Assembly (NCBI GenBank): GCA_036270315.1
Contig: DATBCS010000148.1
Span: 1-33,150, forward strand
Reading direction: 5' to 3'
Origin: Gemmatimonadales bacterium
GTDB lineage: Bacteria > Gemmatimonadota > Gemmatimonadetes > Gemmatimonadales > GWC2-71-9
DNA length: 33,150 nt
Under the pieces are notes generated by a model. It made no database searches. It saw only the letters and a list, made by a program, of their open reading frames with translations, and had not been told where the DNA came from. The stretch's first letter is position 1. Each line of letters begins with the position of its first letter. A program made the position numbers and the translations under genes. Positions 21,855 to 31,317 of the stretch are shown in pieces.

Positions 21855-22169
21855 CTAGGCCTCGGTCGGGGCGGCGAGCGACACCTCGGTCCACAGCTCC
21901 CACGCGTCGGGCGCGTAGCTGCCGAGGGTTTCGAGGCGGCGCTCGAGCTTCAGCTCCTCGGGCAGGCGCGAGGCCTGCGCGCGGTGCGACATCTCGGTCG
22001 GGCTTTCGGAGAATTCGGTGAAAAGCTGCGGGTCCTTGGTGTTGCGGAACACCCAGATGCGTTGACCGCGCGCCTCGGCGAACTGGCACAGCTCCCGCAG
22101 CGTCGCGAGGTAATCCGTCTCGTGCGCCGGCGGCACGCGCACCCGGGCAGCGGTGAGCACCTTGGGCAT
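21855..22169 (-). CDS. Small hypothetical protein (104 aa), possibly ferredoxin-like alpha+beta fold
   Basis: ATG 22169 lies 2 nt after the E2 TAG stop. Sequence is MPKVLTAARVRVPPAHETDYLATLRELCQFAEARGQRIWVFRNTKDPQLFTEFSE... GC3-rich. No family motif recognised. Confidence 0.5.
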   Translation of the reverse strand: MPKVLTAARVRVPPAHETDYLATLRELCQFAEARGQRIWVFRNTKDPQLFTEFSESPTEMSHRAQASRLPEELKLERRLETLGSYAPDAWELWTEVSLAAPTEA

Positions 22170-22171
22170 AG

Positions 22172-23617
22172 CTAAATCGCTCCCTCGGGGAAGTCCTCGA
22201 GCGTTTTCTTCAAATCGGCGAGGAAGCGATCGGCGTCCGCGCCGTCCACGATGCGGTGGTCGTAAGACATCGAGACCATGCCCATCGTGCGGATCGCGAT
22301 CGTGTCGGTGCCGTCGGGCAGGGTCACGACCTTGGGGCGCTTCTCGATCGCGCCCACCCCGAGGATCGCCACCTGAGGCTGGTTGATGATGGGGGCGCCG
22401 GCGTACGAGCCGAACACTCCGGGGTTGGTGATGGTGAAGGTGCCGCGTTGGATCTCGTCCGGCAACAGCTTCTTGGTCCGGGCGCGCTCGCCGAGATCGT
22501 TGATGGCGCGCGCCAGGCCGAGCAGCGACAGCTCGTCCGCGTGTTTCACGACGGGCACGATGAGGCCCCAGTCGAGCGCCACGGCGATCCCGATGTTCAC
22601 CGCGGCGCGGTAGATCGTGGTGTCCCCGGAGACCGCAGCGTTCACGACGGGATGGCTCCGCAGGTTCTCGGCGCACGCCTTGGCGATGAATGCGAGGTAG
22701 GTGAGGTTCACGCCGCGCTCCGCATAGGACGCCTTGTGCTTACGGCGCAGCTCGGCCACGCGGCTGTAGTCGATCTCGAAAAAGCTCGTGACATGTGCCG
22801 ACGTGCGGCGCGACAGGATCATGTGATCCGCGGTGATCTTGCGGATCTTCGAGAACGGCTCGACGCGGTCCCCGGGCCAGGCCTCGACGGCCGGGTGCGC
22901 CACCGGGCCCGCTGGCGCGGAGGGGGCGCCGGGGGTGGGGGCGGGGGCGGGGGCTCGTCCGGGCGCGGCTGGGGGGCGGGCGGCCGTCGCGGCAGCGCCG
23001 CTCGAGATGAAGCTCAGGATGTCCTGCTTCGTGACACGGCCCGCGAAGCCCGAGCCCGGGATCGCCGCGATGTCGACCTGATGCTCCGCGGCGATCTTGC
23101 GCACGAGTGGCGTGGAGCGGCGGCGCAGCCGCTCCTCGGCGGTCTCCGCCCCATCCCCGCCCCGGGCCACCGGCGTGCTGGCGGGCGGCGCGGGCGGCGT
23201 GGCGGGCGCCGCGGCTGCGGGCGCCGCCGGCCGCGCCGGCGGGGCGAGCGGTGTGGCTGCCGCGGGTGGCGCGGCCGCAGCGGGCGGGGCCGTGGCGGAC
23301 CGCGCGGCGAGCGGGGCCGCGGGCGCCGCACTCGGAGCGGCGGTGGGGGCCGGCGGCGGGGGCGCGGTGGCCCCCTGCGCGGTCTCGATCACCGCCACAA
23401 GCGTCTGCACCGGGACGGTCTCGCCTTCTGTGACCTTGATCTCGGCCAGCACACCGGCGGCGGGGGCGGGGATCTCGGCATCGACCTTGTCGGTCGAGAT
23501 CTCGAACAGCGGCTCGTCGCGCTGCACCGGGTCGCCGACCTTTTTGAGCCACTTGCTCAGCGTGCCCTCGGCGATCGACTCGCCCATCTGGGGCATCAAC
23601 ACGTCAACGCGGGCCAT
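22172..23617 (-). CDS. Dihydrolipoamide acyltransferase (E2) of a 2-oxoacid dehydrogenase complex (PDH/BCKDH type)
   Basis: Lipoyl domain LFEISTDKVDAEIPAP, Ala/Pro-rich linkers, E3/E1-binding domain STPLVRKIAAEH, and catalytic SYDHRIVDGA. Confidence 0.9.
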   Translation of the reverse strand: MARVDVLMPQMGESIAEGTLSKWLKKVGDPVQRDEPLFEISTDKVDAEIPAPAAGVLAEIKVTEGETVPVQTLVAVIETAQGATAPPPPAPTAAPSAAPAAPLAARSATAPPAAAAPPAAATPLAPPARPAAPAAAAPATPPAPPASTPVARGGDGAETAEERLRRRSTPLVRKIAAEHQVDIAAIPGSGFAGRVTKQDILSFISSGAAATAARPPAAPGRAPAPAPTPGAPSAPAGPVAHPAVEAWPGDRVEPFSKIRKITADHMILSRRTSAHVTSFFEIDYSRVAELRRKHKASYAERGVNLTYLAFIAKACAENLRSHPVVNAAVSGDTTIYRAAVNIGIAVALDWGLIVPVVKHADELSLLGLARAINDLGERARTKKLLPDEIQRGTFTITNPGVFGSYAGAPIINQPQVAILGVGAIEKRPKVVTLPDGTDTIAIRTMGMVSMSYDHRIVDGADADRFLADLKKTLEDFPEGAI

Positions 23618-23626
23618 CGCATCTCC

Positions 23627-24607
23627 TCAGTACGCCGCCAGCCAGCGGGCGGCCTTCACAATATCGTCCGTCTGGGGCAGCACGAAGTCTTCCAGGGTCG
23701 GCGCGTAGGGGAGCGGCACGTCGTGCGCCGTCACCCGCATGATCGGGCCGTCGAGCCACTCGAACCCCTGCTCGTTGATGCGGGCGGTGATCTCCCCGGC
23801 GACGCCCCCGGTGCGCGTGTCCTCGTGCACGATCAGCACCTTGTTGGTCTTGCGGACGGTCCGCATGATCGCCGCGTCGTCGAGGGGCAGGAGCGTCCGC
23901 AGGTCGAGCACCTCGGCCGCGAGTCCGTCCTCGCGCGCGAGCTGGTCCGCCGCCTCGAGCGCCTTCCACACCGTCGCGCCATAGGTGATGATCGAGAGGT
24001 GCTTGCCTTCGCGGGCGAGCCGCGCTTCGCCGATCGGCGTGAGGATCTCCTCCCCTTCGGGCAGCGCCTCCTTGATGCGGCGGTACAGCCATTTGTGCTC
24101 GAGGTAGAGCACGGGGTCGTCGTCCCGGATGGAGGCCTTGATGAGGCCCTTCGCGTCGCGCGCCGTCGCCGGGTAGACGATCTTCAGGCCCGGGGTATGG
24201 AAGAACGCCGCCTCGGGGCTCTGCGAGTGGAACGGGCCGCCGCGGACGTAGCCTCCACACGGCCCGCGGACCACGAGCGGCGTGGCGAGACCGGCGCGGT
24301 AGCGGGCCGTGGCGACGTAGTTCGTCAGCATGTCGTAGGCGCAGGAGATGAAGTCGATGAACTGCATCTCGGCGACCGGTCGCATCCCCATGTGCGCGGC
24401 GCCCGCGGCCGCCCCGACGATCGCGGCTTCGGAGATCGGCGTGTCGATCACGCGGGCTTCCCCGAAGCGCTTGACGAACCCTTCGGTGACCTTGAACGCG
24501 CCGCCGTAGAGCCCCACATCCTCGCCCAGGATGAAGACCCGGTCGTCGCGCTCCATCTCTTCCCACAGCCCCTGCCGCAAGGCCTCGAGGTAGGTGACCT
24601 CGGCCAT
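23627..24607 (-). CDS. 2-oxoacid dehydrogenase E1 component, beta subunit
   Basis: MAEVTYLEALRQGLWEEMERDDRVFILGEDVG...FGEARVIDTPISEAAIVG. ATG 24607 overlaps the E1alpha stop (TGATG). GTG 24610 is the track start. Confidence 0.9.
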   Translation of the reverse strand: MAEVTYLEALRQGLWEEMERDDRVFILGEDVGLYGGAFKVTEGFVKRFGEARVIDTPISEAAIVGAAAGAAHMGMRPVAEMQFIDFISCAYDMLTNYVATARYRAGLATPLVVRGPCGGYVRGGPFHSQSPEAAFFHTPGLKIVYPATARDAKGLIKASIRDDDPVLYLEHKWLYRRIKEALPEGEEILTPIGEARLAREGKHLSIITYGATVWKALEAADQLAREDGLAAEVLDLRTLLPLDDAAIMRTVRKTNKVLIVHEDTRTGGVAGEITARINEQGFEWLDGPIMRVTAHDVPLPYAPTLEDFVLPQTDDIVKAARWLAAY

Positions 24608-25662
24608 CACAGGCTCCGGTACCAGTGGCGCGGTGCGCTGCTCGGGTGCGCGTAGACGCCCGGGAGCGCCGTGTCACCCACCGGCAGGGGCTCATCGACA
24701 CACGCGTCCGTGGCCTGGTCGATCTCCGCGCGCGCGCGGTCGTCGATCTCGCGCAACTCGCGCTCGCTCGCCCAGGCGTGGTCGAGCAGCTGCCGCACGT
24801 AGCGATCGACCGGATCGTTTTGCTGGGCCCACCAGTCGAGCTCGGCGGGAGCGACGTAGTGCTGGTCGTCGTGCTCGGCGTGGCCCTTGCGGCGGTAGGT
24901 CTTGACCTCGATGAACTGCACCCCGGCGCCTTCGCGGGCCTGCGCCACGGCCGCCTTGGTCGCCTGGTACACGGCAAACACGTCGTTGCCGTCCACCGTG
25001 ACCGCCGGGATGCCGTAGCCGCGCGCCTTGTCGGCGAGGTCCTTCACGGCAAACTGCTTCTCGGGCGACGTCGAGTAGGCCCAGCGGTTGTATTCGGCGA
25101 TCACCACGAGGGGGACCTGCCGCACCGCGGCGAAGTTCAGCCCCTCGTGAAACGTGCCTGTGGAGGTCGCGCCGTCGCCGATGAAGACGAGGCCGACGCG
25201 CCGCTCCCCCCGCAGCTTGCAGGCGAGCGTGATGCCCGCCATGACCGGGATCATGTCGCCCAGGTGGGAGATCTGGCCGACGAAGCCGCGCTCCAGGTCG
25301 TTGAAGTGGACGTTCATCTCGCGCCCGGAGGTCGGGCCCGCGGCCTTGGCCATGTACTGGCGCAGAATCTCGATCGGCCGCGCGCCCATTACGAGCATGG
25401 CGCCGAGGTTGCGGATCAGGGGCGAGAGCAGGTCGCGGTGGGGACCGCGCTCGAGCGCATACGCCGCGGCGACCGACTCCCCCTCCTGCCCGAGCGAGCG
25501 GTACAGCCCGCCGATGACCTTGGTCTGCCGGTACAGAGCGCTAAGCCGCTCCTCGAGGGTGCCCGTGAGCCGCAGGAAGCGATAGATCTCGAGCAGCTGG
25601 GGGCGCGTGAGACCCGCCGGAACGGGCGGGGACTCGCGGATCGGAGCGGCGCGGGAGGCCAT
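24607..25662 (-). CDS. 2-oxoacid dehydrogenase E1 component, alpha subunit (TPP-dependent)
   Basis: The TPP-binding region is GDGATSTGTFHEGLNFAA...VVIAEYNRWA, plus YRRKGHAEHDD. Confidence 0.9.
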   Translation of the reverse strand: MASRAAPIRESPPVPAGLTRPQLLEIYRFLRLTGTLEERLSALYRQTKVIGGLYRSLGQEGESVAAAYALERGPHRDLLSPLIRNLGAMLVMGARPIEILRQYMAKAAGPTSGREMNVHFNDLERGFVGQISHLGDMIPVMAGITLACKLRGERRVGLVFIGDGATSTGTFHEGLNFAAVRQVPLVVIAEYNRWAYSTSPEKQFAVKDLADKARGYGIPAVTVDGNDVFAVYQATKAAVAQAREGAGVQFIEVKTYRRKGHAEHDDQHYVAPAELDWWAQQNDPVDRYVRQLLDHAWASERELREIDDRARAEIDQATDACVDEPLPVGDTALPGVYAHPSSAPRHWYRSL

Positions 25663-25669
25663 GACGTAA

Positions 25670-25675
25670 ATTATA
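25670..25675 (-). promoter_or_regulatory. Perfect TATAAT hexamer 7 nt upstream of the E1alpha ATG (candidate leaderless promoter -10)
   Basis: The minus strand reads CAC-TATAAT-TTACGTC-ATG. No SD, and no good -35 at 17 nt. Confidence 0.35.
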
Positions 25676-25771
25676 GTGGGCGTGAAACTTGGCGGGACGG
25701 GACGCCCAAATCAAGCGCGCGCGCTCAGCGGGCCGCGCTCCCGGTGATACCCGGGGCAGAGGGGAGGCGCG

Positions 25772-25987
25772 ATGGCGACGCTCAAGTTACGCGTGAGCGG
25801 GATGACGTGTGGCCACTGTCAGTCGAAGGTCGAGCAAGCACTGCGGCACACGGCGGGTGTGTACTCCGCTTTCGTCGAGCTCGAGACGGGCGAGGCGGAA
25901 GTGGACTTTGACGACGACAGCGTCACGACGGGGCAGCTCGTGTCGGCGGTCGAGCGCGCGGGGTACTCGGCGAAGCTCGCCGGCTAG
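25772..25987 (+). CDS. copZ: Heavy-metal-associated copper chaperone
   Basis: LRVSGMTCGHCQSKVEQAL is the HMA G-M-T-C-x-x-C motif. 71 aa. GGGGAGG SD. Confidence 0.85.
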   Translation: MATLKLRVSGMTCGHCQSKVEQALRHTAGVYSAFVELETGEAEVDFDDDSVTTGQLVSAVERAGYSAKLAG

Positions 25988-26274
25988 TACGCTCCGCGCA
26001 GTTCGTGGGTTGGCTCGACCTGCTGGTGAATCTCCGCCAGGAATCGCTTCGCCAACCGGTCGAGTTCCGACTCGCCCAGTTGATCCGTGCTCACTTCCAC
26101 CAGCGTATAGTGCCCGCCTTCGGCGCGGGCGCCGATCGTCACGCGGCCGAGCGCCCCCGTGTAGGTGCGCCGGCGCGGTGCCTCGTCCGCCGGCGCCAAG
26201 CGCGCGCCGAAAAACGCCTTGGCGTGCGCCAGCACCGCGTCGGGCGTCGCGCTCGTGCGGTGGAAGTATCTCAT
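25984..26274 (-). CDS. Hypothetical 96-aa protein, last gene of the copA operon
   Basis: ATG start. GC3-rich. Lies 40 nt downstream of the copA stop. Its 3' end overlaps the convergent copZ stop by 4 nt. No motif recognised. Confidence 0.5.
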   Translation of the reverse strand: MRYFHRTSATPDAVLAHAKAFFGARLAPADEAPRRRTYTGALGRVTIGARAEGGHYTLVEVSTDQLGESELDRLAKRFLAEIHQQVEPTHELRGAY

Positions 26275-26314
26275 GGCGCCGCCGGCCCCGCCACCGCCCC
26301 TGCCCTGCGCCCGT

Positions 26315-28867
26315 TCATGCGCCCCACGCCGGACGGAACCGGCGCAACCGGAGGCTGTTCAGCACGACGCTCAAGCTCGACCATGCCATCGCCGCGCTCG
26401 CCAACACGGGCGAGAGGAGGATGTGGAAGAACGGGTAGAGCGCGCCGGCGGCGATGGGGATCCCGATCACGTTGTAGACGAAGGCCCAGAACAGATTGAC
26501 CCGGATGATGCGCATCGTGCGACGCGACAGCTGTAGCGCCGTCACGACGCCGCGCAGGTCGCCGCGAATCAGGGTGACGTCGGACGCTTCCATCGCGATA
26601 TCGGTCCCCGTGCCGATCGCGATGCCCACGTCGGCCTGCGCCAGCGCCGGCGCGTCGTTGATCCCGTCGCCCACCATGGCGACGTGCTTCCCCTCGCGCT
26701 GCAGCTGCTTCACCAGCTCGGCTTTCTGCGACGGCAGCACGTCCGCCAGCACGACGTCGATGCCGACCTCGTGCGCCACGGCCTCCGCCCCCCGCTTCGA
26801 GTCTCCCGAGACCATCAGCACCGTGAGTCCCAGCCGTTTGAGGTAGGCGACGGCCTCGGCGCTCGTCGGCTTGAGGGGATCGGAGATCGCGATGACCGCG
26901 TACACGGTATTGTTCACGACCACGATCACCGGCGTGCGGCCCTGGGCGGCGAGCCGGTCCCCGTCCTGCCCCAGGCTCCCGAGCTCGAGGCTCCGCTCGC
27001 GCGCATGGCGCAGCGAGATCACTTCGATGATCCGCCGGTCCACCGTGCCGCGTACGCCGCGTCCCTCCATCACGGCAAACCGGTCCACCGGGAGCAGCTC
27101 CACCTGGCGATCTTTGGCCGCCTTGAGGACCGCCCCCGCGAGCGGGTGTTCGGACTTCTGCTCCACCGAGGCGGCGTACTTCAGCACCTCGGCGGGCGCG
27201 ATGGGGGTGCCGTCGGGGCGTTTGGCGGTCACGATATGGGTGACCATGGGGTGGCCCTCGGTGATCGTGCCGGTCTTGTCGAGCAGTACGGTGCGCACGC
27301 GGGACAGGCGATCGAGCGCCTCGCTGCTGCGGATCAGGATGCCGTGCTCGGCCGCCTTCCCCGTCCCCACGAGGATCGCTGTGGGGGTGGCGAGGCCGAG
27401 CGCGCAGGGACACGCGATCACGAGGACGGTGACCAGCGCGATCGTGGCGAACACGACGGCGGGCGCGGGGCCCACGTCGAACCACACCACGAAGGCGGCG
27501 ATGGCGAGCGCCAGCACGATGGGAACGAACACGCCGGCCACCTGGTCGGCGAGCCGCTGGATCGGGGCCTTGGTCGCCTGCGCGTCCTCGACGAGCTCGA
27601 CGATCTGGCCCAGGGCGGAGTCCTTGCCGACGCGCGTGGCGCGGAACGTGATGCTCCCGGTGGTGTTGAGCGTCGCGCCGATCACTTCGTCGCCTGGGCG
27701 CTTCGCGACCGGGAGCGGCTCCCCGGTGAGCATGGACTCGTCCACGGCGGCGGCCCCTTCGGTCACGACGCCGTCCACGGGAACCTTCTCGCCCGGCTTG
27801 ACGATCACGTGATCGCCCGGCGTGACCGCCTCGACCGCGAGCTCGATCTCCTTGCCATCGCGCAGCACATGCGCCGTCTTCGGCTTGAGGGCCGCGAGCC
27901 GGCGGATCGCTTCCGAGGTGCGGCTCTTGGCCCGGGCTTCGAGCAAGCGCCCGAGGAGAATGAGGGCGAGGATGGCGGACACGGCTTCGTAATAGACGTC
28001 GGCGGGCCGGCCGGCGGCGGCCCACACGCCCGGGGCGACGGTGGCCCCGAGCGAGTAGAGGTAGGCGGCGAGGGTGCCCACGCCGATCAGCGTGTTCATG
28101 TCGGCGGTGCGGTGCTTGAACCCGCTCCACATCCCCCGGTAGAACTGGGCCCCGCACCACACCACCACGGGCAACGTCACGACAGCGAGCGCGACCTTCA
28201 ACCAGCGCGGGTCGATCGCCGTCCGCCCGCCGAGCGCCTCCTCGACCCGCAGGGCGAGCGGCATGAGCAGCCGGCCCAGCAGGTCGACCTGTTTCAGGGT
28301 GTCGTCGGGTTCCCGGCCCATGAGGAGCATGGCCCCGAGCATGCTCACCACCGTGGCCGCGGCGGCGAGGGCGAACTTCCGGCTCAGGGTGCGGACTTCG
28401 CGCTCGCGCGCCAGGCGCTCGCGCTCGACGGGATCCTCGGTGGGAATCGGCGCGGCCACCTGGAACCCGGCCGCGCGAACGGCGCGTTCCAGCGCGTCGG
28501 CCGTCGTGGCGCCGGGGATGTAGTCCACGGTGATGGTCTCGGTCGCCTGGTTGGCGGCGGCGCGGATCACGCCGTTCACCCGGCGCAGCGCCTGCTCGAG
28601 CGGCACGACGCTCGGCGCGTAGTGCAACTGCTCCACGGCGAACGTGACGCTCGCCTTGCCGCAGTCGTAGCCGGCGGCGCGAATCGTCTTGATCAGTTCG
28701 GCAACATGGGTCTGGGCGTCGTCGTAGTCGACCGCGGCCTTGCCGGTGGCGTAGTTGACGGTCGCGGCGCCGACGCCCGTGGCGCTGCCCAGCGCCTCCT
28801 GGACCGTCGCCGCGCAGGACGCGCAACTCATGCCCTCGATCGGGAGGATGGTGCGCGCCTTACTCAT
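26315..28867 (-). CDS. copA: Copper-translocating P1B-type ATPase
   Basis: N-terminal [14 protein letters not shown], a second HMA-like domain lacking C-x-x-C, TM CPC motif ([11 protein letters not shown]), DKTGTITEG, and [10 protein letters not shown]. Confidence 0.92.
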   Translation of the reverse strand: MSKARTILPIEGMSCASCAATVQEALGSATGVGAATVNYATGKAAVDYDDAQTHVAELIKTIRAAGYDCGKASVTFAVEQLHYAPSVVPLEQALRRVNGVIRAAANQATETITVDYIPGATTADALERAVRAAGFQVAAPIPTEDPVERERLAREREVRTLSRKFALAAAATVVSMLGAMLLMGREPDDTLKQVDLLGRLLMPLALRVEEALGGRTAIDPRWLKVALAVVTLPVVVWCGAQFYRGMWSGFKHRTADMNTLIGVGTLAAYLYSLGATVAPGVWAAAGRPADVYYEAVSAILALILLGRLLEARAKSRTSEAIRRLAALKPKTAHVLRDGKEIELAVEAVTPGDHVIVKPGEKVPVDGVVTEGAAAVDESMLTGEPLPVAKRPGDEVIGATLNTTGSITFRATRVGKDSALGQIVELVEDAQATKAPIQRLADQVAGVFVPIVLALAIAAFVVWFDVGPAPAVVFATIALVTVLVIACPCALGLATPTAILVGTGKAAEHGILIRSSEALDRLSRVRTVLLDKTGTITEGHPMVTHIVTAKRPDGTPIAPAEVLKYAASVEQKSEHPLAGAVLKAAKDRQVELLPVDRFAVMEGRGVRGTVDRRIIEVISLRHARERSLELGSLGQDGDRLAAQGRTPVIVVVNNTVYAVIAISDPLKPTSAEAVAYLKRLGLTVLMVSGDSKRGAEAVAHEVGIDVVLADVLPSQKAELVKQLQREGKHVAMVGDGINDAPALAQADVGIAIGTGTDIAMEASDVTLIRGDLRGVVTALQLSRRTMRIIRVNLFWAFVYNVIGIPIAAGALYPFFHILLSPVLASAAMAWSSLSVVLNSLRLRRFRPAWGA

Positions 28868-29285
28868 GGAACTTGTGGGGTGAGGCCGAGGGTTTGCGAT
28901 CGGCCGTGGCGGGCTCCACGACGAGCAGGCCCTTCAGCATGTTCATGCCGCAGCGGAACGCGAACTCGCCGGCGGCCTCGGGGGTGAACGCGATCGCGGT
29001 CGTTTGGAACGCGGGCAGCACGGCGTCGATCCCGAACGCCTCGAACACGACGCGCTCGGAGCAGTCGGCGGTCTCGTCGCGGTAGAACAGCAGCCGGACC
29101 GGCCGGCCGGCTTGCACCACGATCGTGTCGGGGGTGTAGCCGCCCTTCACGGTGACCCGCACCTCCTGCACGCCGGCCGTCTGGGTCGCCGCGGTCGCGG
29201 GCCCGGTCGCGAACAGGAAGTACCACAGCACCCACGCGATGGCGCCGAGACCGGCGGCGGTGACGACGTACTGCGAGACGCTCAC
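28860..29285 (-). CDS. Membrane-anchored cupredoxin-like domain protein (copA-associated)
   Basis: TM helix [19 protein letters not shown], then [40 protein letters not shown]...[13 protein letters not shown] 29285 overlaps the ino1 TGA (GTGA). The stop overlaps the copA start by 8 nt. Confidence 0.7.
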   Translation of the reverse strand: MSVSQYVVTAAGLGAIAWVLWYFLFATGPATAATQTAGVQEVRVTVKGGYTPDTIVVQAGRPVRLLFYRDETADCSERVVFEAFGIDAVLPAFQTTAIAFTPEAAGEFAFRCGMNMLKGLLVVEPATADRKPSASPHKFHE

Positions 29286-30607
29286 GCCTTCTCGTAGTAC
29301 TCGATGCCGAGGTGAGTGATCTGTTCTTCGCCCTTGAGCCACCGCAAAGTGTTCTTGAGCTTCGTCTGCTGGATGAACAGGTCGTGTTCAGGGTAGAGAC
29401 CGGGGGCCGCCTGCGGGCTCTTGAAGTAGAAGGAGAGCCACTCCTGGATCCCCGAGAGCCGGGCCCGCTGCGCCAAGTCGAAGAACAGCGCGAGGTCGAG
29501 CACGATGGGCGCCGCCAGGATCGAGTCGCGGCAGAGGAAGTCTACTTTGATCTGCATCGGATAGCCGAGCCATCCGAAGATGTCGATGTTGTCCCAGCCC
29601 TCTTTGTTGTCGCCGCGCGGCGGGTAGTAATTGATGCGCACCTTGTGGAACACGTTCCCGTACAGCTCGGGATACTGGTCCGGCTGGAGGATGTACTCCA
29701 GCACGCCAAGCTTCGACTCTTCCTTCGTCTTGAACGATTCGGGGTCGTCGAGCACCTCGCCGTCGCGATTGCCGAGGATGTTGGTGGAGTACCAGCCCGC
29801 GAGGCCGAGCATGCGCGCCTTGAAGGCGGGCGCGAGCACGGTCTTCATCATGGTCTGGCCGGTCTTGAAATCCTTGCCCCCGATCGGGAGCTGGCGCTCT
29901 TCCGCCAGGCGCTCGAGCGCCGGGATATCGACCGTGAGGTTCGGCGCCCCGTTCGCGAAGGGGATGCCTTCCATCAGGGCCGCGTACGCGTAGAGCATCG
30001 ACGGCGCGATGGCGGGATCGTTCTGGTCCATCGCCTGCTCGAACGCGCGGAGATTCTGGTGCGCCGGGCCCGGCGTCAGGAACACTTCGGTCGAGGCGGC
30101 CCAGATCATCACCAGCCGCTCGGCGCCCGAGCGTTGGCGGAACTCGCGGATGTCCTGCCGCAGCTGCTCGGCGAGCTCGCGCTTGGTCTTCCCCGTCTTG
30201 ACGTTGGTCCCGCTCAGCCGCTTCACGTAGTGCTGATCGAACGCGGCGGGGAGCGGGCGGATGGCCTTGAGGAAATCGGCGACGGGCTCGACGTGGTGGG
30301 GTTCGAGCACGCCGGCCTTCTTGGCCGCGGTGTAGGCGTCGTCCGGAATCGGATCCCAGGCCGCGAACACGAGGTCCGTGAGCTGGGCGAGCGGCAGGAA
30401 CTCCTTGATCTTTGGCGCGCGTCGCTCGGTGCGCTTGCCGAGGCGGATCGTGCCCATTTGCGTGAGCGACCCGATGGGCAGGGCGGTGCCGCGCCGCACG
30501 TGCTCGACGCCGGCGATGAAGGTGGTGGACACTGCCCCCAGCCCCACGAGCATCACCCCCAACGTCCCCTTGGCGGGCGCGATGTCCCGGCCGGCCTTCT
30601 GTGGCAC
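29282..30607 (-). CDS. ino1: myo-Inositol-1-phosphate synthase
   Basis: LVGLGAVSTTFIAGVEH, IWAASTE, NGAPN, PIGGKDFKTGQT and STNILGNRDG are MIPS family segments. GTG 30607 lies 2 nt after the upstream TAA (ATG 30544 is an alternative). Confidence 0.85.
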   Translation of the reverse strand: MPQKAGRDIAPAKGTLGVMLVGLGAVSTTFIAGVEHVRRGTALPIGSLTQMGTIRLGKRTERRAPKIKEFLPLAQLTDLVFAAWDPIPDDAYTAAKKAGVLEPHHVEPVADFLKAIRPLPAAFDQHYVKRLSGTNVKTGKTKRELAEQLRQDIREFRQRSGAERLVMIWAASTEVFLTPGPAHQNLRAFEQAMDQNDPAIAPSMLYAYAALMEGIPFANGAPNLTVDIPALERLAEERQLPIGGKDFKTGQTMMKTVLAPAFKARMLGLAGWYSTNILGNRDGEVLDDPESFKTKEESKLGVLEYILQPDQYPELYGNVFHKVRINYYPPRGDNKEGWDNIDIFGWLGYPMQIKVDFLCRDSILAAPIVLDLALFFDLAQRARLSGIQEWLSFYFKSPQAAPGLYPEHDLFIQQTKLKNTLRWLKGEEQITHLGIEYYEKA

Positions 30608-30609
30608 GA

Positions 30610-31308
30610 TTACGGTCCTTTCGGCGATTGGAGGGCCGGCGTGCGACTCGGGAGGGGATCCCGCGGGCGCGGGGCCCGCTGCACTGCCGGCGCCCGGGCG
30701 GCCCGCGCCACGTAGACGACGCGCTGCACCACGGTGACCGAGGTGGCGAGCGCCAGGGTGACGACGATCCAGAACAGCAGGCTGCCGCGCTCCCCGGCGC
30801 CCAGGACCATCGTCGGCGCCCCGAGCAGGAGCACCCGCTCGGCGCGCTGCGCGATGCCGACCCGCACCATGAGACCCAGGCCCTCGGCGCGGGCGCGCGT
30901 GTAGGACACGAGGAGCGACGCGGCGAGCGCGCCGAAGGTCGCCAGGACCGCCACGGTAAGGCGCTCGGGCGCGACGCCGCCGCGCAGGAAGTAGACGGCG
31001 ACCCCGCTGAACAGGACCGACTCGCCGATGCGGTCGAGGGTCGAGTCGTAGAACGCGCCGAACGTCGTGGTCATCCCGCCCTGGCGCGCCACCCGCCCGT
31101 CGATCATGTCCAGCAGGCCGGACAGGAGCAGCAGGAACCCGCCCCAGTGCACGGCGCCGAGCCCGAATGCGGCCGCCGCGCCGCCGATGACGAGGGTCCC
31201 GAGCGTGGTGATGAGGTTGGGTCGCACGTGCCACCCGATCAGCAGCCGCGCGAGCGGATCGAGCGCCCTCCCAAACCCGTCGCGCACCCACTGCGGGATC
31301 ACGTTCAT
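30610..31308 (-). CDS. CDP-alcohol phosphatidyltransferase (probable phosphatidylinositol-phosphate synthase type)
   Basis: DMIDGRVARQGGMTTTFGAFYDSTLDRIGE matches D-G-x2-A-R-x8-G-x3-D-x3-D. About 6 TM helices. Lies directly upstream of ino1. Confidence 0.85.
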   Translation of the reverse strand: MNVIPQWVRDGFGRALDPLARLLIGWHVRPNLITTLGTLVIGGAAAAFGLGAVHWGGFLLLLSGLLDMIDGRVARQGGMTTTFGAFYDSTLDRIGESVLFSGVAVYFLRGGVAPERLTVAVLATFGALAASLLVSYTRARAEGLGLMVRVGIAQRAERVLLLGAPTMVLGAGERGSLLFWIVVTLALATSVTVVQRVVYVARAARAPAVQRAPRPRDPLPSRTPALQSPKGP

Positions 31309-31317
31309 AGGCGGGGG

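Noticed and set aside
25663-25771. Searching the intergenic regions for tRNA-Sec (selC), a riboswitch or other structured RNA. Regions checked: 25663..25771, 32288..32428, 12043..12158, 2602..2723.
   Set aside because: By eye there is no cloverleaf with a UCA anticodon and no recognisable riboswitch core. Only generic GC-rich hairpins were seen. selC, if present, must lie outside this window.
30608-31291. Upstream 228 codons of the 669-aa ino1 track ORF
   Set aside because: A low-complexity Arg/Ala/Gly frame overlapping the CDP-alcohol phosphatidyltransferase gene, which has the full D-G-x2-A-R...D-x3-D motif in its own frame.
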